Shown piece by piece: positions 1-8,313 of a DNA stretch of 63,718 nucleotides. Origin of the DNA: Desulfobacteraceae bacterium. GTDB lineage: Bacteria > Desulfobacterota > Desulfobacteria > Desulfobacterales > JAABSP01. The notes below the pieces were generated by a model, which was not told the DNA's origin, made no database searches, and worked only from the letters and a program-made list of their open reading frames with translations. Positions within the stretch are counted from its first letter, which is position 1, and every line of letters starts with the position of its first letter. Location of the stretch: contig JAABTD010000007.1 of the NCBI GenBank assembly GCA_011390065.1, forward strand, positions 1 to 63,718, given 5' to 3'. The position numbers and the translations under genes were made by a program.

Positions 1-82
1 TGAACGTCAGCGCACCCCAGGCAGGCCCCATCGGAAAAAATAAAAAAAGAAAGAGCCGAAACAGCTGCCTGAGAGAAAACAT
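1..82 (-). CDS. 5' fragment of a probable secreted protein running off the left window edge
   Basis: Minus-strand ATG at 82 reads MFSLRQLFRLFLFLFFPMGPAWGA-LTF with no stop before the edge; basic N-region, hydrophobic core and AxA-like cleavage site suggest a Sec signal peptide. Only 27 codons are visible. Confidence 0.45.
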   Translation of the reverse strand, partial: MFSLRQLFRLFLFLFFPMGPAWGALTF

Positions 83-459
83 ATCATTTTTTGGATACTT
101 ATTTTCCTCGGTATGGGGTCAACATTCACACTGCTATCTTCAATTTAGGCCAACCCGAAAGCGCTGTCAAGAAATTTCAGGTCCGAAAACAGCGCATTAT
201 TATGTTGACATCATGGAAGAAAATATCTTAGGGGTAGACAACTGGCTGAAGGAGATCGGAAAATGAGGGATATCTACGGGAAGGGTTGAGTGTGCGGCCT
301 CTTTTGCGACGCGTAAACGGGATACTTACTGAGAGGGCGGATCAGGCGGAACGCCATGCTGGGGATCGGACCGCACCTGCCCGACGGCCCCTCTCCCGCC
401 TCGCTATATGGGATGACCCCGACCGATCAGGGCCATTCCATTTTATTTTCTTCTCCGCC

Positions 460-1380
460 ATGAGGCGATGGTGGATCATCGCACTGGCGCTTCTCATGTG
501 CCCGGCCATCGGCAGTTCCGTTGACTTGGGAGACTCTGTCCTCAGAGATTACCCGGTCGCCCTGACGTTGCCCAAAAAACGCGTGGAGATCAGTCTGGAT
601 TACGCCCGCATCGATGACGCGTTCTTCTCCGACAGGGCCAGACCGGCCGACGCCCATTATCTCAACACCGGCCCGGAGGAGACCAACGGCGCACGCGTTC
701 TCCTGAATTACGGGCTATTCGACCGGACCACATTGCAGACCGGTTTTTTTTACCGGGACCTTGATTTCGGACCGGACGACATGGCGGTGGCGAGCTTCGA
801 CATCTCGGTCAAGCAGACCCTGTCCGACCGGATGTTCGGATGGTTCCCGTTTATCGCCATGGACGCCGGACTGCGCACCAATTACACCGACGATCTCGCT
901 TATCATGACAAAATAGATGACAAAACACTGTTTATCCGATTGACAGGCGGTGAAATATTTGGCAATCTGTTTCCCAACGCCTATCTCGAATACGGCTTTA
1001 CCGACATCGACGCGACGGCTGGCGGCGGTGGAGGCCCGGCGGGATTGAGCCTAGGGCTGGATCGAACGGAGAGTTACCTGGAAGCCGGCCTCTGTTTTCT
1101 CTGGAAATTTCCGTATGACGCCCTGATCCGGGCGGAGTACAGCTATCTGCGCATGTTGCGGGACGACGGACTGGGCGGTCCGACGGCCAACCATATCGCC
1201 CGGGTGGATTTCAATTACTTCGTAACCCGGCGATTCATCCTGAACACCGGCGGCGTTTATTACCACCGGGAACTCAACGGCGTTATCCCGTTCCTGTTCA
1301 ACGAAAACACCGAGAGCGGATTTGACCGGAAAGCCTTTGAAGTTTACCTGGGGTTCACCCTTCTTTTTGAAGGCGATTAG
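460..1380 (+). CDS. Hypothetical outer-membrane beta-barrel protein
   Basis: ORF 286..1380; start moved to ATG 460 because it gives a signal peptide (MRRWWIIALALLMCPAIGSS). Many amphipathic strands with alternating aromatic/hydrophobic residues and a C-terminal strand VYLGFTLLF. No named family recognised. Confidence 0.6.
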   Translation: MRRWWIIALALLMCPAIGSSVDLGDSVLRDYPVALTLPKKRVEISLDYARIDDAFFSDRARPADAHYLNTGPEETNGARVLLNYGLFDRTTLQTGFFYRDLDFGPDDMAVASFDISVKQTLSDRMFGWFPFIAMDAGLRTNYTDDLAYHDKIDDKTLFIRLTGGEIFGNLFPNAYLEYGFTDIDATAGGGGGPAGLSLGLDRTESYLEAGLCFLWKFPYDALIRAEYSYLRMLRDDGLGGPTANHIARVDFNYFVTRRFILNTGGVYYHRELNGVIPFLFNENTESGFDRKAFEVYLGFTLLFEGD

Positions 1381-1411
1381 CCTCCAATGCGGATTTAGAC
1401 CGGAAATTATA

Positions 1412-1440
1412 TTGACAACCGATACGTCACCCATTATAAG
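1412..1440 (+). promoter_or_regulatory. Sigma70-like promoter for the downstream lipoprotein gene
   Basis: TTGACA (1412-1417), 17-nt spacer, TATAAG (1435-1440). Confidence 0.6.
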
Positions 1441-1594
1441 GACGTAACTGCGCTGCATAAACGGAGGAAGCATCAGCGGAGCGACCCCCCATTATTCGCG
1501 GGCGGCGCTGAAAGAAGCAGGCTTTTAATTTTTGGTTAGGATGAGAATAGGCATTATTGGGAATGGTTTTAACAAACAAGAAGGAGGAAAGGTA

Positions 1595-2539
1595 ATGATG
1601 AAGAAAGTGAGAGGAATGGGTAGAGGGTTTTTCATTTTATCGGCGCTGCTGCTGATGTTCGCGGCGGTCGGATGCGATGACAGCGATACCACGGAGCGCA
1701 TTGTCTCGGACACGGATGAAGCGGTTGTTACGCCGGGCGTCAATGTACGAACATTTGATGTGCCGGCTGCTGGCATGAACATCAGCGTTGGCGCCGCCGA
1801 CGGAAATGCAGACGCGACGGTAAGGGCTTTTATCGACTCTGCTGGCGGGGCAACGGTAACGGTTCAAACAGGCGACTATGACACTGCTTTCATCGATGAG
1901 TTTGACGAACTGTTCGATGAAGACGCCGGCGACGGCAACAGATGGCAGGTGGCCGGTTTCGCCAGAATCAGCACGAACAATGCGGTGACCCTCAGCAACA
2001 TCTTGCTGACCATGCCGGACAGCGCCGTTGTCGGCGGCCGGACGCTTTCTGACTGGGTGACTGCCGGACAAAAACCGACCGTTCGCGTGTATGACGCTCA
2101 AACCGACGCATGGACGACCGTTAACCTCAATGATTATACGCTGGTGCAAAATAATGACGGCACCGTTACGATATCATATACCGGACTGCCGATAACCGTC
2201 GGCGATGGCGACGCCGTGGCGGTGATGGATCCGATCACCGATGTTGACGTTGATCTGAACGCCTCTAATCCGGACGACAATTGCGACGTCACCGTAACAG
2301 CGGATGTCGACGATTCCAACTACGATGTTACCGGCGCAATGTGGTGGGCCGATTGGGCGTTCGATGTTGTAGATGATGACAGCATCAGGCTTGATGGCGT
2401 GGTGTCGGTCGATGAAAGAGCCCCGGTACATGTTCGGGCAAATGTTGCCTACGCCAGCGGCGCCGATTCTGGCCTACAGACGGTCGAGAGAGTTTTCGGC
2501 ATCCGATGCGAAACCGGTTCAGGCGGTGTGACCCAGTAG
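1595..2539 (+). CDS. Acidic beta-rich lipoprotein of unknown function
   Basis: AGGAGG Shine-Dalgarno before ATG 1595; lipobox AVG-C; Asp/Val/Thr-rich beta-sandwich-like sequence; two extra Cys near the C-terminus. Confidence 0.75.
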   Translation: MMKKVRGMGRGFFILSALLLMFAAVGCDDSDTTERIVSDTDEAVVTPGVNVRTFDVPAAGMNISVGAADGNADATVRAFIDSAGGATVTVQTGDYDTAFIDEFDELFDEDAGDGNRWQVAGFARISTNNAVTLSNILLTMPDSAVVGGRTLSDWVTAGQKPTVRVYDAQTDAWTTVNLNDYTLVQNNDGTVTISYTGLPITVGDGDAVAVMDPITDVDVDLNASNPDDNCDVTVTADVDDSNYDVTGAMWWADWAFDVVDDDSIRLDGVVSVDERAPVHVRANVAYASGADSGLQTVERVFGIRCETGSGGVTQ

Positions 2540-2560
2540 CCAACCCTTTCAAGATAAGCC

Positions 2561-2604
2561 CAACAAAAAAAGCCGGCGGTATATCCGCCGGCTTTTTTTT
2601 GTTG
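2561..2604. terminator. Bidirectional rho-independent terminator
   Basis: CAACAAAAAAA-GCCGGCGG-TATAT-CCGCCGGC-TTTTTTTT-GTTG between convergent genes. Confidence 0.9.
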
Positions 2605-2874
2605 AGCCGAGAGAAATAAAGCGTTAGTGCATTCGTCTCCCAATCACACCACAGATCGCCTCAACGTTCTCCAAGCCCTCACAATCTGGCCCCAACCACG
2701 ACGGGCCTTCCGGCCGTGCCGCTTTTCCTGGGAACGGATCGCGCCTGCGTCCATATCAAGCAACATTGATGCCCCGGAACTGTTTTCGAGCCTCCGGGAC
2801 ACCACCATCGACGAGGCGACGGACCCTCCTTTATTGAGGATCGCCGCCACGAATCATCATCATAGCGCGGTCAG

Positions 2875-4989
2875 TTAATCCCTATCCACGCCCCACCTCT
2901 GATACGCCTCCCGCAACCGCATTGCATGAACGCGTATATAGCGTTCATTCAGCCGATCGTCATTGAAGTAAGCCTGGGCGAGATCATGGGTGGTCTTCGG
3001 GTTGACCGCCAAGTTGGCGACCACCGGATTCCTCTGACCTTCGTCGGCAACCGTCGTCTGGTGCTCGTACCACCAGGAATCAGATCCGGTCACCTGAAAA
3101 TACCATGGCTTCATGTCTCTTCTCGGCGTCAGCGGCAATGTGATTCGGATGCCGCCCGCTCTCTCTCCCGTGTCGGTCCCGATGTGCCGATAGAAAAATG
3201 AGATGGCCGTATCTCCGAAATACCGCTTCACCTCGGCGGTCACGCCCTGATCCTGATGCCAGTATTGCCCGTATGTCCCCTCCAGAAAAAGATCTAACCG
3301 TTCCCAATAAAACCGATAGGTCGCCAGATAGATCTCCCGATCAATCGACAGGTCCTCATCCTGAAAATACCCCAGTTTCAGACCGATCCGATGGCGGCCC
3401 TTGCCCGGAGACCAGAAAGTTTCGGAAAAAAGCCCGTAATTATCCTCTGCATACTGCCCCAGGGAAAACTGCGTGGCCACATCGGGCAGCAACTTGAACG
3501 CCTGATGGAACATGACGCGATCCAACCGGGCATCCTCCCGCTGTCGGGCGTATGCTTCCCCGTCATCGAATTCTTCCGACCAGAAAATCGGAATATCCCA
3601 CCGCGCGCTGAAAACGCCTCCGGTCCACATCGGAATCCGCAAATCCGGTCTGAGAGAGACCAGATAATCAAACGTGCTGATTTCTGTTCCTAAAAATGTT
3701 TTCATGCCGGGGTACAGCACCAACCGGGGCCTATAGAGGCTTGAATTCTCCCTTTCTCCAACAAACCGCACTTCCGCATCGACTTTCGTATCGTTCGATA
3801 TGACGACGCTGTTTAAAAATTGATTTTTTCTGCGCACCGGCACCTTCACAGGCGTCAGAAACTCACGGCAGGTTTGCACCGGAACCGACACCGAAATCAT
3901 TGGTATTCGATTTCGTTTCAGGACGATGGCCAGCGCTCTGAGACTCACGGGCGCCATTCGCGCGGAAACCCCCATGACCAGCCCGAGGCCATCCAAGGCA
4001 TTATGGTTATAGCGGTTGTTCTCATATTCGACATAAAGCGCATCCTCTCCCAAAATACCGGCCCTCACATTCTCGAAACCGAGATCCACCAGAGCCGCCT
4101 TGATGCGCTGAATCGGCTCATCCACCGATTCCGCTAAATCCGGCACATCTGACACCGGTTCTTCCAGATGCTCTGATGATTCCACATCATCCGCCGCTGC
4201 CGGCTCGATTTCCGGCGGGGTAAGTCTTTCCGCCGTTCCGGACGGGCCCAATTCCTCAGGAAGCCTTTCCCGCTCATAACGCCCCAAGCCCAGCGGAAAC
4301 TGGAGGGTCGCCGCCAGGTCGAACGCCCCGGCATCATGGTCAAGAGAGGTCTTGGCGGTCAACCCGAGATTGACGGGAATCGGGAACAGGTCATCCGGCG
4401 TAAACACCCGAAACCCGACATTGACCTCTTCCGTATCATACTCTCCCAGCAGATAGAGCCAGTCGAACAGCCGCACCTCGGCGCCGCCGAAAACCCCATC
4501 AAGCCGGTCCGGACCAATGCCGAGCCCGAGGCTCAGGCGGAGCGGCCCAATCGTTTCAGACGCCACGCCGTACTTGGTTTCCAGATGGGCAGACCCGCCA
4601 CCCAGATCCTGGATGCCGAATGCGAGATCGGGGATATAAGGGTTGTCGAAAAACCGGGGCAGCTGCACTTTCGCGTTGGCCGACAAATCTCTCATGCCGT
4701 CCGGATGTTCCTCGGTGAACCGACCGCCGATCTCGAAATAGGGCAGCAAACCGATGGAAAACATATAATTCTCAGCGCTGTCCTGCAGGTCTCTCCGATG
4801 GGGCTCCATCTGATCGGAGAAAAGGAAATAGAGCCGCCCCTGCTCCGTAACCACCGCATTGGGCGCATTAAACAATCCCGTATATCCCTGAAGCGAAAGA
4901 CCATTGTGAAACGTCGATGCCGCTCCCTCCGAAAAAGGCGCCGCCAGGCACAACAAGCCGAAAACCAGACATTGAATCGTTTTTTTCAT
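2875..4989 (-). CDS. yjbH: YjbH/GfcD-family outer-membrane polysaccharide biogenesis protein
   Basis: 704 aa with signal peptide; SLQGYTGLFNAPNA and LLPYFEIGGR start motifs and YENNRYNHN mid-protein motif typical of YjbH; sits next to polysaccharide export genes. Confidence 0.8.
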   Translation of the reverse strand: MKKTIQCLVFGLLCLAAPFSEGAASTFHNGLSLQGYTGLFNAPNAVVTEQGRLYFLFSDQMEPHRRDLQDSAENYMFSIGLLPYFEIGGRFTEEHPDGMRDLSANAKVQLPRFFDNPYIPDLAFGIQDLGGGSAHLETKYGVASETIGPLRLSLGLGIGPDRLDGVFGGAEVRLFDWLYLLGEYDTEEVNVGFRVFTPDDLFPIPVNLGLTAKTSLDHDAGAFDLAATLQFPLGLGRYERERLPEELGPSGTAERLTPPEIEPAAADDVESSEHLEEPVSDVPDLAESVDEPIQRIKAALVDLGFENVRAGILGEDALYVEYENNRYNHNALDGLGLVMGVSARMAPVSLRALAIVLKRNRIPMISVSVPVQTCREFLTPVKVPVRRKNQFLNSVVISNDTKVDAEVRFVGERENSSLYRPRLVLYPGMKTFLGTEISTFDYLVSLRPDLRIPMWTGGVFSARWDIPIFWSEEFDDGEAYARQREDARLDRVMFHQAFKLLPDVATQFSLGQYAEDNYGLFSETFWSPGKGRHRIGLKLGYFQDEDLSIDREIYLATYRFYWERLDLFLEGTYGQYWHQDQGVTAEVKRYFGDTAISFFYRHIGTDTGERAGGIRITLPLTPRRDMKPWYFQVTGSDSWWYEHQTTVADEGQRNPVVANLAVNPKTTHDLAQAYFNDDRLNERYIRVHAMRLREAYQRWGVDRD

Positions 4990-5070
4990 GGAGATATCCT
5001 ATTCTGAACAGGTTGATTTTGCAGGCGTCCCGACCTTTGATCCATTTGAAAATATCAGATTCAAAACTGT

Positions 5071-5115
5071 TTGACAAATCCTTCCTTTATCTATAGTTAT
5101 GATTCCTTTATAGAT
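5071..5115 (+). promoter_or_regulatory. Putative promoter/operator in the divergent yjbH / exporter intergenic region
   Basis: TTGACA at 5071-5076; direct repeat TTCCTTTAT at 5082 and 5103; inverted repeat ATCTATA...TATAGAT. The -10 spacing is non-ideal. Confidence 0.35.
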
Positions 5116-5201
5116 GAATTCTTTCAGGACTTCCAAGCACTTCATAAAGACACGCTTTCGAGAGGACAATCGTTTACGCAATGACACTCCAGGTTGAAAA
5201 A

Positions 5202-8200
5202 ATGATGAAAAACAGGATCGGCATCGCCCTGAAAATAATAGCCGCATCTTTTCTCCTCTGCGCCCTGGCGCGGCCGGCCCTTGCCCAGCAAAGCGGGCTT
5301 CCGGCTTCGGCGACTCCTTCGCAGGTTCAGCAGGCCATTCGATCCGGCCGGGTCAGCCAACAGCAGGTTCAGCAGGCCACGGAGGCAATGCGTAGGGGCG
5401 ACGTCAGCGCCGATCAACTCCAGCAGGCTCAGCAGCAAATGGGTGAAGGTTCCCTTACGCCCCAGGAAATTCAGAAGGGAAAAGAACTGATCGAAAACCA
5501 GGAAAGGGACGCGCGCGAAACCGAGCCTTCCGATGAAAGGCCGGACAGAGATGAACAGGATGAGGCCGGAAGCGGCAAAGACAAAACATCACAAAAACCG
5601 CGCCTGAGCATCTTCGGCCACAACCTTTTCTCAGAAACGCCGGACGCCTTCGGCCCCATCAAATCCATGCCGGTGTCCAACGATTACATCGTCGGGCCGG
5701 GAGACGAGATCCGAATCTATATGTGGGGACGTCTGGACGAATCCCACGCCCTGGAGGTCGATACCGAAGGCGTCATCAATCTTCCCAAGATCGGTCCTCT
5801 CACCGTTGCCGGCCTGACCTTCGGCGAACTCAAAGAACAGATCCGGCACAGAGCGGAAGCGATCACCGGCGTCAACGTCAACGTTTCCATGGGCAAACTC
5901 AAGACCCTTCAGGTATTCATCCTCGGGGAGGTGAAAAATCCGGGCATCCACACCGTCAGTTCTCTTTCGACGGTGACCAATGCGCTGCTGGCGGCCGGCG
6001 GCCCGACCGAAATGGGCTCCTTGCGGCGGGTGCAGCTGAAACGGCGAAAAGAAATCATCGCCGTCATCGACCTTTACGACCTTCTGCTGAAAGGGGATAT
6101 ATCGGCCGATACGACCCTGATGTCCGGCGACGTCATTTTCGTCCCCCAGGCCGGACCATTGGTGGCCATTTCCGGAACCGTAAAGCGTCCGGCGATTTAC
6201 GAACTTAAAGACATGGTCTCTCTGGAAAACGCCCTGGACATGGCCGGCGGCCTCGCGCCGAGCGCTTACAGCCAACGCATCCAGATTGAACGGTCGGTCG
6301 ACAACAAAGAGTTGATTGTCCTCGACATATCGGATGATCAGCTGAGGCGGGGACGAACCGTCGATTTGAAAGACGGCGACGTGGTGCGCATCTTTTCCAT
6401 CCTTCCCACTGCCGTCAATGCCGTGTATCTGTATGGCAACGTCGCACGGCCCGGCCGGTACGCTTACCATACGGGGTTGCGCCTCCGGGACATCCTCCGG
6501 GACGTGGAAAGCGTCCTCCCCGACACCTATTTCGACTATGCTTTGATCAAACGGTACCAGTTCGCGGAAGCCCAGGCCGAATTGATCCCTTTCAACCTGG
6601 GTCAACTGCTCTTTTCCGGCGACAATCGGCAGAATATCGCCCTGATGCCCGGAGACGAAATCCATGTGTTTAATCAGTCGCAATTCCAGGACCAGGCCTA
6701 CGCCGACGTCAAGGGCGAAATCCGGGAGCCGGATCGCTACGCCATCGACGATATGACGCTCCGGGACCTGATCTTGAAAGCAGGCGGGCTCACCCCCAGC
6801 GCTTACAAGCCGAGGGCGGAACTGATCCGGTACGACAAGGACCGCAACCAGCGCACCATCTATTTCGACGTATCGGCCGTCATGGCGGAAGATCCGGCCC
6901 AGAACATCAAGGTCCAGCACCAGGACGAAATCATCATCCATTCCGTCCTGGAAGACCAATGGAAAAAAACCGTCTCCATCATGGGCGAAGTCAACAACCC
7001 GGGAGAATACGCGCTGACGGAAGGCATGCATCTCAGGGAACTGATATTCAAGGCCGGAAGTTTTACCAGAGACGCTTACATGAAGATGGGCCATCTTCGC
7101 AAGACCGCCCCGGTGACCAAGGACATCACCATCCATTCCTTCAACGTCGCCAAGGCAATGGCGGGAGATCCCAACCATAATCTGTCGCTGTCGGACCTGG
7201 ACGAGATCATCGTCTACAGCGTATGGGATTATAAGGAAAAATACACCGTCGCCATCAACGGACTGGTGCGGAATCCCGGAGACTATCCCTATGCCGAGAA
7301 CATGATGGTCAACGACCTGATCCTGCTGGCCGGAAACGTCCGGGATGCGGCCTACATGGAAGAAGCGGAACTGGTCCGGTTTACCATCGAAGACGGCAAA
7401 ACCGTGGAAACCAACATCATCGCCTTCAACATCCGGCTGGCTCAGCAGGACCACCCTCAGCACAATCTCAAGCTCAAACCCATGGATGTGATCACCATCA
7501 AACAGATCCCCGACTGGTGGGAACGGACCCGGCTGGTCACGGTAACGGGCGAGGTCTTTTTTCCGGGAACCTATCAGGTCAAGAAAGACGAATTGCTCAG
7601 CAGCGTCATCGAGCGCGCCGGCGGGTTCACGGAACACGCTTATTTGAGAGGGGCCCAATTCACGCGGGAATCGGTGCAGGAAGTCCAGCAACGGCGCATG
7701 AACGAAATGCTCCAGGAACTGGAACTCGAAATCGCCAGAATGTCCTCGGAGGAAGTCAAAAAATCGCTTTCAACGGAGGACCTGGCGGCGCAGTCGGAAT
7801 TTATCAACGCCCAGAAGATGCTGATTCAAAAATTGCAGGAAAGCAGGGCCACAGGGCGGGTGATCGTTTCTCTGGGTCCCCTGTCGTCCTTCCGCGGCAG
7901 CAGCACGGATCTGGCGATGGAAGGCGGCGATGCCCTCCACATTCCCAAACAGATGAACACGGTCAACGTCATGGGCGCCGTCTACAATCCAACAGCGATC
8001 ATATTCGATGACAACAACCCCGAACTGGCCTATTATCTGGACCGTACCGGCGGTCCGACCGAAAATGCGGATGAAGATCTGATCTACGTCATCCGAAGCG
8101 ACGGAACCGTCGTAAGCAAGACGCGGGAACGCTCCTGGTGGAGACGCTTCGAGAACATTGCGCTTTATCCGGGCGACACGGTTCTGGTGCCGGAAAAAAT

Positions 8201-8294
8201 CGTCCGTTCCAACATCATGCGGGACACCAAGGACATCACCCAGATTCTCTATCAAATCGCCACCACCGCTGGCGTGACCGCGGCCTTGTTTTAA
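5202..8294 (+). CDS. Large SLBB-repeat polysaccharide export protein (KpsD/OtnA/WbfF-like)
   Basis: Poly_export motif DYIVGPGDEIRIYMWG followed by about 8 SLBB-like repeats (V.I.GEV..PG.Y, AGG); C-terminal PGDTVLVP...ITQILYQ; signal peptide without lipobox. Confidence 0.85.
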   Translation: MMKNRIGIALKIIAASFLLCALARPALAQQSGLPASATPSQVQQAIRSGRVSQQQVQQATEAMRRGDVSADQLQQAQQQMGEGSLTPQEIQKGKELIENQERDARETEPSDERPDRDEQDEAGSGKDKTSQKPRLSIFGHNLFSETPDAFGPIKSMPVSNDYIVGPGDEIRIYMWGRLDESHALEVDTEGVINLPKIGPLTVAGLTFGELKEQIRHRAEAITGVNVNVSMGKLKTLQVFILGEVKNPGIHTVSSLSTVTNALLAAGGPTEMGSLRRVQLKRRKEIIAVIDLYDLLLKGDISADTTLMSGDVIFVPQAGPLVAISGTVKRPAIYELKDMVSLENALDMAGGLAPSAYSQRIQIERSVDNKELIVLDISDDQLRRGRTVDLKDGDVVRIFSILPTAVNAVYLYGNVARPGRYAYHTGLRLRDILRDVESVLPDTYFDYALIKRYQFAEAQAELIPFNLGQLLFSGDNRQNIALMPGDEIHVFNQSQFQDQAYADVKGEIREPDRYAIDDMTLRDLILKAGGLTPSAYKPRAELIRYDKDRNQRTIYFDVSAVMAEDPAQNIKVQHQDEIIIHSVLEDQWKKTVSIMGEVNNPGEYALTEGMHLRELIFKAGSFTRDAYMKMGHLRKTAPVTKDITIHSFNVAKAMAGDPNHNLSLSDLDEIIVYSVWDYKEKYTVAINGLVRNPGDYPYAENMMVNDLILLAGNVRDAAYMEEAELVRFTIEDGKTVETNIIAFNIRLAQQDHPQHNLKLKPMDVITIKQIPDWWERTRLVTVTGEVFFPGTYQVKKDELLSSVIERAGGFTEHAYLRGAQFTRESVQEVQQRRMNEMLQELELEIARMSSEEVKKSLSTEDLAAQSEFINAQKMLIQKLQESRATGRVIVSLGPLSSFRGSSTDLAMEGGDALHIPKQMNTVNVMGAVYNPTAIIFDDNNPELAYYLDRTGGPTENADEDLIYVIRSDGTVVSKTRERSWWRRFENIALYPGDTVLVPEKIVRSNIMRDTKDITQILYQIATTAGVTAALF

Positions 8295-8313
8295 TGGTTG
8301 AGGTGCGGAAAAG

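Noticed and set aside
329-365. CTGAGA...GATCAGG resembling a TPP riboswitch
   Set aside because: Lacks the ACCC/GAACCTGA and TAAT...GCG.AGGGA elements and the expected helices; no thiamine-related gene follows.
286-459. N-terminal extension of the first ORF from the TTG at 286
   Set aside because: Low-complexity Arg/Pro-rich sequence ahead of a clear signal peptide; ATG 460 is more plausible.
2713-2724. 12-mer GCCGTGCCGCTT shared with the palindrome at 22043
   Set aside because: A 12-nt match is expected by chance in 64 kb, and there is no second arm here.
2644-2850. 68-aa minus-strand ORF after yjbH
   Set aside because: No recognisable motif, poorly spaced Shine-Dalgarno, composition typical of non-coding frames.
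4990-5201. Searched for a JUMPstart/ops (GGCGGTAG) element upstream of the polysaccharide exporter
   Set aside because: No such element seen.
5631-7691. 686-aa antisense ORF, plus similar long shadows at 11275-12867, 36773-38080, 39471-41045, 41944-43155, 47829-49448 and 55199-56278
   Set aside because: All lie opposite well-supported genes in GC-rich DNA and lack motifs; they are codon-bias shadows.
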